A DNA stretch of 64,000 nt from Candidatus Hydrogenedentota bacterium (lineage in GTDB: Bacteria > Hydrogenedentota > Hydrogenedentia > Hydrogenedentales > SLHB01): assembly GCA_963674865.2 (NCBI GenBank), contig CAXXYE010000009.1:1856001-1920000 (forward strand). Reading direction: 5' to 3'. A model generated the notes under the pieces. The model was not told the origin of the DNA. It saw only the letters and a program-made list of their open reading frames with translations, and did not search any database. Shown here one piece after another: positions 29,895-39,448 of this stretch. Position 1 is the stretch's first letter, and each line of letters starts with the position of its first letter. Both the position numbers and the translations under genes were made by a program.

Positions 29895-31013
29895 GTGAGC
29901 GCACTGCCCGCCGTTCCATTGACGCCTCTACCGGAAATCGACCTGAGGCATGTGCTGGTTCTTACGGATGATACAGGTATCGCCCAGCACGCCACCTTTG
30001 GCACCCCGGACCTCCACCACGGCTATTGCACCGATGACAATGCCCGGGCGCTTATCGCGGGTGTGATGGCCAGGGAACTCGGCGTGGGGGAGGAAAAGGC
30101 CAACGGCCGGCAGCCTGATTCGCACACCGAACAGCTCTCCGTCGCCCTCCAACGGTACTTGGCGTTCCTGAACTACGCCTTTGATCCTGAAACGGGGCGC
30201 TTCAGAAACTTCATGGGCTACGACAGAAGATGGCTGGAGGCGGTGGGATCGCAAGATAGCCAGGCCCGGGCGCTTTGGGCGTTGGGAACAGCCACCGCAC
30301 GGGTGCGCGCCGATGCCATCACCGACCTCGCAGAGCATCTTTTCTGCGCTGCGTTGCCCGCCCTGGAGCAATGCGACGCGATCCGGCCTTGGGCCTACGG
30401 GCTTCTGGGCATTTGCGAGTATTTGAAGGTTCATCCAGAGGATGAGGACGCCTCGCAACGGGCTGAGGCGCTCGGCGATCGGCTGCTGCGGGTGCTTCGC
30501 CGTAATGCCAAGTCCGATTGGCCCTGGTGGGAGGATGAACTGACGTGGGGGAACGCGAAGTTGCCCCATGCCCTCATCGAGCACGGCCGCCGCACGGGCA
30601 GCGAGGCGGCGATCGAGGCGGGCGAGAAGGCTCTGCGCTGGCTCCTCAAGGTCCAAACAGGGGAGAAAGGCCGGCTATCCATCATCGGGAACAACGGCTG
30701 GTATACGAGAAATGGGCGCCGCGCCTGTTTCGATCAGCAGCCTATCGAGGCGAAGGCGCTAGTCCAGGCCTGTCTCGCGGCTGCCCGGGTGCGGCCCCAG
30801 GCGTTTTGGGTAGATGAGGCGGCCCGGTGCTTCGAGTGGTTTCTCGGCGGTAACGACTTGGGTATCCCCGTCTACAATCCTGAAACCGGCGGCTGCTACG
30901 ATGGGCTGATGGAGGACTGCGTCAACAAGAATCAGGGGGCGGAGTCCACGCTGGCCTATGTCCTGAGTGTGCTGGAAATCCACGACTACGCTCGGGGAGC
31001 CGCCGTGGAATAG
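29895..31013 (+). CDS. Stand-alone alpha-helical glycosidase-like domain, usually C-terminal in GT4 fusion proteins; start approximate
   Basis: TDDTGIAQHA, GYCTDDNARAL, FDQQPIE, NQGAESTLA. Confidence 0.75.
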   Translation: MSALPAVPLTPLPEIDLRHVLVLTDDTGIAQHATFGTPDLHHGYCTDDNARALIAGVMARELGVGEEKANGRQPDSHTEQLSVALQRYLAFLNYAFDPETGRFRNFMGYDRRWLEAVGSQDSQARALWALGTATARVRADAITDLAEHLFCAALPALEQCDAIRPWAYGLLGICEYLKVHPEDEDASQRAEALGDRLLRVLRRNAKSDWPWWEDELTWGNAKLPHALIEHGRRTGSEAAIEAGEKALRWLLKVQTGEKGRLSIIGNNGWYTRNGRRACFDQQPIEAKALVQACLAAARVRPQAFWVDEAARCFEWFLGGNDLGIPVYNPETGGCYDGLMEDCVNKNQGAESTLAYVLSVLEIHDYARGAAVE

Positions 31014-31060
31014 GCCCGCCGGGGATGGTATCGGCCTGAGGAAGGCCCCCATCTCGTCCT

Positions 31061-32164
31061 CTACTGGACCTTTTTCGCTTCTTGATAGACCTGCTCAATT
31101 GCCGAGGCAATCTCGCTCGGAGCATGGTGCTCGGAGGCTGTGGCGCGCGCGTTTTCGCCCAGTTTGGCCCGCAGGCCCGGCGTCGTCAGGAGCCTCATTA
31201 GCGCCGCCGCGAATGCCTCATCATCATCATCGGGCGTCACTAATCCGTCGTGCTCGTGCGTCAATGGGTGCGCCGCGCTCGCACACGCCACCATCGCCTT
31301 CCCGGCCGCCATGGCGTTGAGCAGCTTGATAGGATAGCCGGACCACGATGTGCGGGGGCAGGCGAATACCGCATCCTGTCTGAGCACACGCTGAAGCGCG
31401 CCGAAGTCTGAAGTGCGCACCATTTCCGCGCCCGGAACCTCCCCATGCGCGGCCGTGGCTACGCACAGCCGCGTCCCGGGTAGTCGCTCGCGCACGCGCG
31501 CCATCGCCCGGAGCAGCAGATCGAGATTCTGATAGGGGTCAAGGTTCCCTGTATACAGCACCGGAGGGATTTCTCCCGCTTGTTCACCCGGCTCGAACAG
31601 GCCGACTTCTACGGATGGCGGAATGATGGCGATACGCTCGCGCCGGCAGCCGCACTCGGCCAGGTAGTCCGCGAGCCGCTGGTGGGGCGCGATGACGAAG
31701 TCCGCCCGCTTAGGCAAGTGCCGATCCATCCACGCGCCGAGCCGGGCCGAGATGCGGCGGGAGCGGAAGTAGTGGGGGAGTTCATCCGCCATGGCGTTGT
31801 GGGCGTGGTAGATGATGGGGCGCGCACGGGCCGTGAGTGCGACTACGAGTCCCTCGTAGTTGTGGGCGTGAACGATCTCGATGCGTTTCTGCCGGAGCAC
31901 CCGCCGCAACGTGGCCGCGAGGGCGAGGTCGAGCAGCGGCTTGGCGGGGGATGGCCCTGCCGCCGTGCGGCGTGCGAACGGGATTCGAGGGCAGCGGTGA
32001 ATCGTCAGGCCGCTCGTGTCTTCGCCGATGCCGTAGCCGTATACGAGGAGATGGACCTCGTGCCCCGCGTTGCGCAGTCCAAGCGCCGTGTCGCGCAGCA
32101 GCACTTGGGAGCCCTGGGGCACCGGGAACGGGCACGCGCCCACCATGGCGATACGGAAGGTCAT
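31061..32164 (-). CDS. Glycosyltransferase family 4
   Basis: ACPFP..QGSQ, VHAHNYE, YPIKLLNAMAAGK. Confidence 0.88.
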   Translation of the reverse strand: MTFRIAMVGACPFPVPQGSQVLLRDTALGLRNAGHEVHLLVYGYGIGEDTSGLTIHRCPRIPFARRTAAGPSPAKPLLDLALAATLRRVLRQKRIEIVHAHNYEGLVVALTARARPIIYHAHNAMADELPHYFRSRRISARLGAWMDRHLPKRADFVIAPHQRLADYLAECGCRRERIAIIPPSVEVGLFEPGEQAGEIPPVLYTGNLDPYQNLDLLLRAMARVRERLPGTRLCVATAAHGEVPGAEMVRTSDFGALQRVLRQDAVFACPRTSWSGYPIKLLNAMAAGKAMVACASAAHPLTHEHDGLVTPDDDDEAFAAALMRLLTTPGLRAKLGENARATASEHHAPSEIASAIEQVYQEAKKVQ

Positions 32165-33735
32165 TCAAAGTATCCCAAGTCGCGCAGGCGGGTCTCAATC
32201 GCCCGCTCTTCCTCTGCTGAATATGACTCGCGTTCGCGCGGCGGCGGCCCCTTTACGGCGGTGCGCTCTCCTCCGAGGAGACTATGGCCATCCATCGGCG
32301 GCCCGGCCACGTTTAGGGCGTCGAGCACCGTCGGCGCGATATCCTCTATACGGGCAGGTTCCCTGACGGCGGGTTGCGAGAGCAGCAGCACGCCCTTGGG
32401 GCGGTGGTTGCCGTTCATGCCTTGCTCCTTGCCGCCCAGCGCCTCCTCGGGGCCGATTCTCCGGAATGAAGGCCCGCCCCGAGCCCGCAGACAGGAATGG
32501 GAGTATCCGTCTTCCAGCGCCAACGCCAACACGATATCCGGCGCGCGCTCTACAAAATCCCCCGTGTATAGCTCATCACGCCGCCACGCCTTGCGAATGG
32601 GCGGCCAGGCTTCGAGTCGGGCGCAGAGGTCACGGCAGAAAGCGTCGTAATCTTCGGGGGCCACTTGGCCCTCCGGCTCGCGGCCGTGGAGGTTGACGCG
32701 GATCGACGGCGCGTAATTCAACTCCTCCGACCAGGCGCTTGTCGCCCGCCAATCGATTCCGTTGAAGCGCGAGCGGCCTTCGGCCCGTTCCGCCAGTCCG
32801 CGAAACCGGCGGAAGAGGCCTCCCCGCCACGCCGTCGGCACGGCCCGAAGGGCCGCCTGCTTCAGGAGGCTGCCGCCCGCCCCGGTGAAGCGAAGGAATC
32901 CCTGCTCGGCCAGCCAGTTGTTGAGGTGCACGACGCCGGCGCCCGCGCCGCCGAAGCCGTGATCGGATACCACCGCCACGAGCACATCTTCCCCGGCGGC
33001 ATCTGTGAGGGCGCCCACGGCCTCATCGAGCCGGGCGTACACGCGGCGGATGGCGTCTCTATGGCCGGGCAGGTGGCGGGGCGATCGCGAGTCATGAAAC
33101 AGCCAGAAATGGTGCGCCACCATGTCCGATTCGCCGAACACCACCATGAAGAAGTCCCACGGCTCCCGCGTCAGCAGTTCGAGGGCAATGGACTCTTTAT
33201 CCGAAATCTTGGCAAGCAAGGCGGGGAGTGCCTTGTCGTGCCAGGAGGGGCCGACGCGGCCCTCGTCCAAGTCGGCGAAACGCCACCGGCTCACGGCCGG
33301 GTAGAGCGAAGGGGGATATACGAAAGAGGGGTCGACCGCGTTGCACACGGGGGAGTCGAATCCGGCCACCATGAAGCCGTTCACGGGCTCGGGGGGATAG
33401 GTTGCCGGTACGCCCAGCACGCCCACCCGCTTTCCGGCTTCCGAGAGCACATTCCAAAGTGCCGGTGCGCGCCGGAAGGTGGCATTGATGAAGCGGATAC
33501 CGTAGGCGCCCGGAGTGGTTTCGGTGAAGTCGAAGATACCGTGCCGGCCGGGATTCACGCCCGTGACGCACGAGGTCCACGCCGGGAACGTTGCCGGAGG
33601 AACCGTGCTCTGTAAGGGCATATAGGCGCCCCGGGCTCGCAGACGGGCCAGATTGGGCAGCACCCCCGCGTCCATCCACGGCCCCACGAGGCTCGGCTCC
33701 GCACCGTCAAGTCCTATCAGCAGTGCTCGCGGCAT
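32161..33735 (-). CDS. Alkaline phosphatase superfamily (phosphodiesterase/nucleotide pyrophosphatase-type) protein
   Basis: IGLDGA, TGVNPGRHGIFDF, VSDHGF, RLRDLGY. Confidence 0.88.
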   Translation of the reverse strand: MPRALLIGLDGAEPSLVGPWMDAGVLPNLARLRARGAYMPLQSTVPPATFPAWTSCVTGVNPGRHGIFDFTETTPGAYGIRFINATFRRAPALWNVLSEAGKRVGVLGVPATYPPEPVNGFMVAGFDSPVCNAVDPSFVYPPSLYPAVSRWRFADLDEGRVGPSWHDKALPALLAKISDKESIALELLTREPWDFFMVVFGESDMVAHHFWLFHDSRSPRHLPGHRDAIRRVYARLDEAVGALTDAAGEDVLVAVVSDHGFGGAGAGVVHLNNWLAEQGFLRFTGAGGSLLKQAALRAVPTAWRGGLFRRFRGLAERAEGRSRFNGIDWRATSAWSEELNYAPSIRVNLHGREPEGQVAPEDYDAFCRDLCARLEAWPPIRKAWRRDELYTGDFVERAPDIVLALALEDGYSHSCLRARGGPSFRRIGPEEALGGKEQGMNGNHRPKGVLLLSQPAVREPARIEDIAPTVLDALNVAGPPMDGHSLLGGERTAVKGPPPRERESYSAEEERAIETRLRDLGYFE

Positions 33736-33759
33736 GGGGCCATTGTAGTCCGGGGCGAC

Positions 33760-34944
33760 TCATCGGACAACGCTAGCCTGCAAAGGGAGGCTCTGGACAC
33801 GCCTTTGGATTGACTTCTTGAGAGAAGGATCCGCGTCGTCGAGGGTGGCTAGGAAACTCTCTAACACCCTTACAGCTTCCTCTTGGCTGCCTTGCGCCGC
33901 GCAGATACTGGCAATTCCATCAACCGCATTGTACATGCTCGACATATATTCAATGTTCGCTCTCAGTTCCAACGGCAAGTTTCTCAGGCCGTCAAGCCCA
34001 TCCCTGAAGAGTCTTAGGGCACGCGAGGACACCTCTTCTGCCGAAAGGGACATATCGACGCCGTTGATTCGACAGTAGTTTTCAAGCGTCATATATGAAG
34101 TGGCCAGGCCGATGTATTCCGCATAGACTTCGGCAAAGACAGTGCCTTCAGATTTGGCAATCTTCTCATACTCGCGCGCCTTCGCTTCCATTCCCTCCAA
34201 GTAGCCTACCTGGTATCTATCGCCTTCAAAACGTACAGTGATCAGCGCCTTCTCGACATATAGCATTCTATTCTTGGCGCGATAATCTGGGAATTCCTCC
34301 AGAAGCTTCTTATAGTAGCGTTCTGCTGTGACAAAGTCTCCAGTGCGCCTGGCACTGCGAGCTACAGTCTCGGAAAGCGCAGCCACATTCTCCGCCAAGT
34401 GGTTGTCTAGCTCATATTGCGCCACCTCAAACACGGACGCCCAATCTCCATTCGTCATGAAGTGGACGCGCATTTGGTCTGCAGCCATCCCTCGTATCGG
34501 CTTAGTAACGTTCTTGTCATCCTTGGCAATTGCATCCCAAGTTGATAACGCCCCATTAGCATCTCCACTACGATACTGCGCCAGCCCTAACTCAAGCCTT
34601 GCCGCGGAGCGTGCACAGAGAGGCCTGCTTGTATCGGAGACTAAGTCACGCAGAATAGGGATTGCCAAAGAGGGTTTCCCGATTGTCGAGAATTCTTGCG
34701 CGATCCATAGGAGAGGTCCATGGCGCCTGGGCGTCTCACTTCGTTGCATTTCAGACAGTAAGTACTCGAGAATCTCTCTGCGTTGCTCCGGCGCATATTG
34801 TCCTTCGTAGTATGCTTTGCGCTGTTGGACGTAGAACGTGCCGAAGGCGTCATCAGTTCCCGCACTTGCCGCCGGTATTGCACACAGAGAAGACAGGACA
34901 AATGCAAGCGCACAACTTGCTGAGCGGATAATATTACTTGACAT
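33760..34944 (-). CDS. Secreted TPR-like helical repeat protein
   Basis: Signal peptide, TPR-like repeats (LGLAQYRSGDANGAL, GDFVTAERYYKKLLEEFP); GGAGG RBS; visibly more AT-rich than neighbours. Confidence 0.7.
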   Translation of the reverse strand: MSSNIIRSASCALAFVLSSLCAIPAASAGTDDAFGTFYVQQRKAYYEGQYAPEQRREILEYLLSEMQRSETPRRHGPLLWIAQEFSTIGKPSLAIPILRDLVSDTSRPLCARSAARLELGLAQYRSGDANGALSTWDAIAKDDKNVTKPIRGMAADQMRVHFMTNGDWASVFEVAQYELDNHLAENVAALSETVARSARRTGDFVTAERYYKKLLEEFPDYRAKNRMLYVEKALITVRFEGDRYQVGYLEGMEAKAREYEKIAKSEGTVFAEVYAEYIGLATSYMTLENYCRINGVDMSLSAEEVSSRALRLFRDGLDGLRNLPLELRANIEYMSSMYNAVDGIASICAAQGSQEEAVRVLESFLATLDDADPSLKKSIQRRVQSLPLQASVVR

Positions 34945-35120
34945 GAGAAACGTCCTCCCCATAACACGCGGCAAGTATAGCACAACCGTTGCTGCAACAT
35001 TGCTCACTTTGGCCCTTCGGGGAGAATGACAGGGAGATATCGCTACCGTCACCCCTTTCCCGGCGGGCGCTCCGCAGCGGGAGTCGCCTGTGTCGGTGGC
35101 GTAAGTTCGAGCAACTCGCG

Positions 35121-35301
35121 CGTGGTTGTCTGCGCGCGGCTCTTCTCGCGCATGATTCTGGAGGAACGGGTTTGGTGATAGCACGGGGGCGAGAGTGCTG
35201 TGAGGCGCTCTGCAAAGTTCTGCAACAGCAAGCCTGTAAGGCAAAGAACCCGTTCCGTGCGACATGCGTGCTGTCTCGTTATGCGGCTCTGAGAGAAGCC
35301 G
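35121..35301 (+). repeat. About 180-bp MITE-like element, copy 1
   Basis: Aligns with 36029-36210; inner GGAACGGG/CCCGTTCC inverted repeat. Confidence 0.7.
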
Positions 35302-35302
35302 A

Positions 35303-35875
35303 CTAGATCTCGATGATCATCTCTTCGAGGCTGCGTTTCGGGACGTGGTGCACGCCCGAGGCGTCGCGCCAGTACTTGATGTCGGCGTTTTCGGCCAGCG
35401 GCTCGATGACGACTTGTTCCTTAGGCTTGCCTAGTGCCAGCACGAGAAGGATCTCGTACCGGGCCGGGATGGCCAGCGCTTCTCTGAGGGATTCTCGCCG
35501 GATGGCGCCGATCATGCACCCTCCGAAGCCCTTCTCGACTGCGCCCAGCATGATGCTTTGCGCCGCGATGCCGTAGCCGCAGCCGAAGTCCGACGCGATT
35601 TCGGTGTCGCCGAGGATGATGATGTAGGCGGAGGGCCGCTCGCCCTCTTCGGGCCCCGGCCAGTCCTTGAGGTAGCCCGCCCAAGCCAGGTGCTCGAAGA
35701 TTGCCGCGTTCCGCTCGGGCGTGCAGGAAAGGAGGTACTTGAGGGGCTGCACGTTGCCTCCCGAGGGCGAGAGCCTGGCCAAATCCACGAGTTCGCGCAG
35801 TGCTTCAATGTCGATGGCTTCGCTCGGTTGGAACCTGCGGTAACTGCGGTTCTTAAGGATAAGTTCTTTCATCAT
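35303..35875 (-). CDS. Nitroreductase family protein
   Basis: NRSYRRF, ARLSPSGGNVQP, LGAVEKGFGGCMIG, HHVPKRSL. Confidence 0.92.
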   Translation of the reverse strand: MMKELILKNRSYRRFQPSEAIDIEALRELVDLARLSPSGGNVQPLKYLLSCTPERNAAIFEHLAWAGYLKDWPGPEEGERPSAYIIILGDTEIASDFGCGYGIAAQSIMLGAVEKGFGGCMIGAIRRESLREALAIPARYEILLVLALGKPKEQVVIEPLAENADIKYWRDASGVHHVPKRSLEEMIIEI

Positions 35876-36028
35876 CACGAGTTCCCCTTTCCGCGCATTG
35901 CGGGGCGAGGCCTGGAATCCGTCTGTGGCGAGGCGCCAGGCCCATTCCAAATCCTATGAAGATCTTAGGCGAGCATGTCGCCTTGCTTCAAGGGGGGCGG
36001 CGCGGCGGACTCGCGCGAATATCTAACA

Positions 36029-36210
36029 CGTAGTTGTCTGCGCCCCGCTTTTCTCACCTGCTGTCCAACGGGAACGGGCTTGGTGGCGACAAGCCGTCGA
36101 GGAAATCATGAGACGCTCTGCCAAACTCCCTTGCGGCAGACCCTTGAGGTAACGCGCCCGTTCCGCATGACATGCGTGCAGTCTCGGTACGCGGCTGTGA
36201 GAAAAGCGGG
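36029..36210 (+). repeat. About 180-bp MITE-like element, copy 2
   Basis: Perfect 14-bp inverted repeat CCCGCTTTTCTCAC (36044-36057) / GTGAGAAAAGCGGG (36197-36210). Confidence 0.75.
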
Positions 36211-36388
36211 CTAGTACTCCCCTTCGCAAGTCCAGTGACGCGTCCGACAGTCGGGGAAATCCGGTTTCCGGGCGCATTGCGGAGGCGCGGGGGCGCCCCC
36301 CTCCCTGCGAGCCGTTTGTGGCGGCATAAGTCATTGTTTGCCAAGTAATTAGGCCTTCACGCATGGCCGTCCCGGTGCATGGCGTCGG

Positions 36389-36417
36389 TTGACAAAAACT
36401 GGTCCTGGTGGGACAAT
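36389..36417 (+). promoter_or_regulatory. Putative sigma70 promoter
   Basis: TTGACA-17 bp-(TGg)GACAAT. Confidence 0.55.
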
Positions 36418-36451
36418 ATATGTGGTTAGAAAGGTCGAAGGTAGCCGGATC

Positions 36452-37039
36452 ATGGGTACGAACATTGGATCAGTTGCCGCTGGGCTCACGTCAGCGGGGC
36501 CCCCCGTCAGGCTGTCATCCCCTTCGGAGCGGTCGAAGTCGAGCTACCGCCCCCTGGGCGCGGCCGGCGACGACAACGAGAGCAGCGGCCCCTTCTTTCC
36601 GGGCGGCCGTGAGGCCGAGATCCCCAGGGTGGGTTTTGGCGACGGCACCGTCTCCGTCCCCGGCGCGGCCGTGAGGGCGCTGGGGCGAGGGCTCCGATCT
36701 GCCCGTCAGGTTCTGGCTACGGTTGAGGAGGTCCGCGGGCGCGTACGTGAGCGGCTCGATGAGCAGCGTGAGATGCAGACGGAGCGCCGGGAGGCGCGGG
36801 CGGAGCAGGCCGAGCAACGCCGCCAGGGCCTTAGTGTATCTCAGCAGCCGCTTGAACAGGCCCGTAACTTCATCAATAGCATCAACGAGGCGGCGGGCGC
36901 GGCCTTGGCGCGTACACGCGGCGATGATTCCGCCGAGGCCACGGGCCAGTCAACGCTCCAGGTGCGTGGGCGAGCTTTCTCCTATGTGCGCGCCCAGGAC
37001 GAGGACGCCAGCGGCTTCATGTTCAACGTGACTGCCTGA
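36452..37039 (+). CDS. Hypothetical protein with coiled-coil segment
   Basis: ORF after a promoter and AAGG RBS; E/R-rich coiled coil. Confidence 0.6.
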   Translation: MGTNIGSVAAGLTSAGPPVRLSSPSERSKSSYRPLGAAGDDNESSGPFFPGGREAEIPRVGFGDGTVSVPGAAVRALGRGLRSARQVLATVEEVRGRVRERLDEQREMQTERREARAEQAEQRRQGLSVSQQPLEQARNFINSINEAAGAALARTRGDDSAEATGQSTLQVRGRAFSYVRAQDEDASGFMFNVTA

Positions 37040-37139
37040 TCCTTCGCCGGGTGCCGGCTTGCCCATTGCGTTCACGTCTTCCTTCAGCGTAGTCTCTGAG
37101 CCAATCCACCGTTCAGGGCATATCCATGAGGGACTACGT

Positions 37140-37910
37140 TTGTCATTGATTCGCTCCGACATCTCCGCCGGATTCCGTGCGTTAGGACTGGAGGCGGGCG
37201 CGTGCCTGCTTATCCACAGTTCGCTCAGTTCCTTTGGCCATGTCGAGGGCGGGGCCGATGCCGTGATTGACGGCATCCTCGACGTCTTGGGGCCGGATGG
37301 AACACTGGTTGCGCCCACGCTTACGGGCAGCGCGGACTTGAGTCCAGAGAATCCGCCGCACATGGACTTGCGCGCGGCGCCGTGCTGGACTGGGCGCATT
37401 CCTGAGACGCTGCGTCAACGCCCGGAAGCGCTGCGCAGCACGCATCCCACCCATTCGTGCGCGGCCATCGGCGCGCGGGCCGGTGAACTCATTGAAGGCC
37501 ATCACCTCTCGCCGACGCCGTGCGGACTGACATCGCCCTATTTCCGCGTGGCGGCGTCGGGCGGGTTCATCGCCATGGTAGGCTGCCGATTGGATACGTG
37601 TACGACTTTCCACACCGTGGAGGAACTCGGCGACCTCGATTACGTGTGCCAGGCGGATGTGGCCTACGGCTCCTGCATCGACCGCCATGGCGAGCACGTG
37701 GATACGCCCTGCCGGCTCCACCGCTACGATGGCCCCGAACGCGATTTCCCCGTGATGGAGCCGCTGCTCCTCGACAAGGGCCTTATGGGGATCGGCCGCG
37801 TCGGCCCATGCGAGGTCCGGCTGATCCATGCCATGGGGCTGATCGAGACGGCCTTTGAGCGGCTCCGCTTCGATCCTTTATTTCTCACCGTTGATCGGAG
37901 GCGGCGCTAG
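37140..37910 (+). CDS. AAC(3)/YokD-family N-acetyltransferase
   Basis: IHSSLSSFGHVEGG, TGRIPE, RSTHPTHS, TTFHTVEE; TTG start inferred. Confidence 0.88.
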   Translation: MSLIRSDISAGFRALGLEAGACLLIHSSLSSFGHVEGGADAVIDGILDVLGPDGTLVAPTLTGSADLSPENPPHMDLRAAPCWTGRIPETLRQRPEALRSTHPTHSCAAIGARAGELIEGHHLSPTPCGLTSPYFRVAASGGFIAMVGCRLDTCTTFHTVEELGDLDYVCQADVAYGSCIDRHGEHVDTPCRLHRYDGPERDFPVMEPLLLDKGLMGIGRVGPCEVRLIHAMGLIETAFERLRFDPLFLTVDRRRR

Positions 37911-38044
37911 GCCGTTTCTCGGGGCCTACGTCAGCTTTCGGGGTCTTCCCGTCCAGAACGGTGTCCTCAAGGGGATCCCGCTCCGGCAGAAATCTTGCTT
38001 GAAGCCGCGGTTCTTGGTGGGACGCGGGAACGTGGCTCCTGTCG

Positions 38045-38519
38045 GCGGGGCGTGGGATGAGCAGTGCGGCGGCGCGAGGCCGGCGGCGTTCACGCTCGGA
38101 TATGTGCTGTCGCCCCTTCGGGGCTACGGATTGTTGGGGTTCTATGTCCGTGGGTTCGTTTCGCTCACCCACGGCTACATGCGGCCGCCCCTGCGGGGCG
38201 TGGGATGAGCAGTGCGGCGGCGCGAGGCCGGCGGCGTTCACGCTCGGGTATGTGCTGTCGCCCCTTCGGGGCTACGGATTGTTGGGGTTCCATGTCCGTG
38301 GGTTCGCTTCGCTCACCCACGGCTACATGCGGCCGCCCCTGCGGGGCGTGGGATGAGCAGTGCGGCGGCGCGAGGCCGGCGGCGTTCACGCTCGGATATG
38401 TGCTGTCGCCCCTTCGGGGCTACGGATTGTTGGGGTTCTATGTCCGTGGGTTCGCTTCGCTCACCCACGGCTACATGCGGCCGCCCCTGCGGGGCGTGGG
38501 ATGAGCAGTGCGGCGGCGC
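38045..38519. repeat. Tandem array of 148-bp palindromic REP-like units (about 3.2 copies)
   Basis: Units start at 38045, 38193, 38341 and 38489; hairpins GCCCCTTCGGGGC and CCGTGGGT...ACCCACGG. Confidence 0.92.
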
Positions 38520-38736
38520 TCATGTTTGGGTATGCGCTGTCGCTGCGTTCGGGGGGCCGGATAGGGCATAGCCGCTCGCGCAATTGAGCTAGGCGTGCAA
38601 CCAATGAGGGGCAGCAACACCCCTTTCCATGACGCGGGGCCCGCTTCGCGTCGCCTGTTGACGTTCTTGAGGTACGGGAAGTATCCTTGATTGCAGTGAG
38701 GCAGGGCTGTTTCACACAACGGTGAGGTGCGAAATC

Positions 38737-39432
38737 ATGGCCAAGTACGAATACACGATGGGCAAGGACCTTGACTTGAAGGCCGAGCAGGAAGTCACCT
38801 TGCAGACTCCGGTGATGAAGGCCAATATCATCCTTCGCTCGATGTACTTGATGATGGATATCCTGTACGGATTCAAGCGGACTTTGCCGAAGTTCAAAGT
38901 CATCGAACTCTTGGCGCGTCAGCCCTATTGGGCCTGGGAGCTTGGGGGCTACAACCTGATCACCCGGAAGTACGCGAGTCCGAAGTTCACGAAGAAAGAG
39001 GATACCGATTACGCCCTTCGGCACATCGATATGGGCCGCAAGTCGCAGGATAACGAGCAGTGGCATCTGACGATCATCGAGGACATTATGCGTCAGCAAG
39101 GCGTCGAGCAGGGCTGGATCAAGGGGACGCTCATGCCGCGCCTGATGGTGCTGAACTACATCTTGCTCGAGAAGGTCATGTACCGCTTCAAACCGGAGTG
39201 GTCTTTCGCGATGAACGCCCGGTTCGAGTCCCACGCGGAGCACGAGTATATGCACCTCGTGCAGGAGCATCCCGAGTGGGAAGATCAGGCCGTCGAGACG
39301 GCCTATTTCGAGCGTTATCCGCGGCAATCCTCGATGGCGAATCTCTTCCGTCGGATCGGGCTCGATGAGCGCGATCACATGACGGAGTCCAAGGAAGAGT
39401 ACGAGCGTATCACGGGCAGGGAACTGACGTAG
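38737..39432 (+). CDS. Alternative oxidase/PTOX-like diiron (ferritin-like) protein
   Basis: ELLARQPY, NEQWH, FESHA..EY, DERDH diiron ligands. Confidence 0.72.
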   Translation: MAKYEYTMGKDLDLKAEQEVTLQTPVMKANIILRSMYLMMDILYGFKRTLPKFKVIELLARQPYWAWELGGYNLITRKYASPKFTKKEDTDYALRHIDMGRKSQDNEQWHLTIIEDIMRQQGVEQGWIKGTLMPRLMVLNYILLEKVMYRFKPEWSFAMNARFESHAEHEYMHLVQEHPEWEDQAVETAYFERYPRQSSMANLFRRIGLDERDHMTESKEEYERITGRELT

Positions 39433-39448
39433 CGTCGGGCGCGATTCG

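Noticed and set aside
37140..37910. Bona fide aminoglycoside resistance gene
   Set aside because: The AAC(3)/YokD fold is widespread; substrate cannot be inferred and there is no resistance-cassette context
38045..38519. CRISPR array
   Set aside because: Whole 148-bp units repeat with no unique spacers, and there are no cas genes in the window
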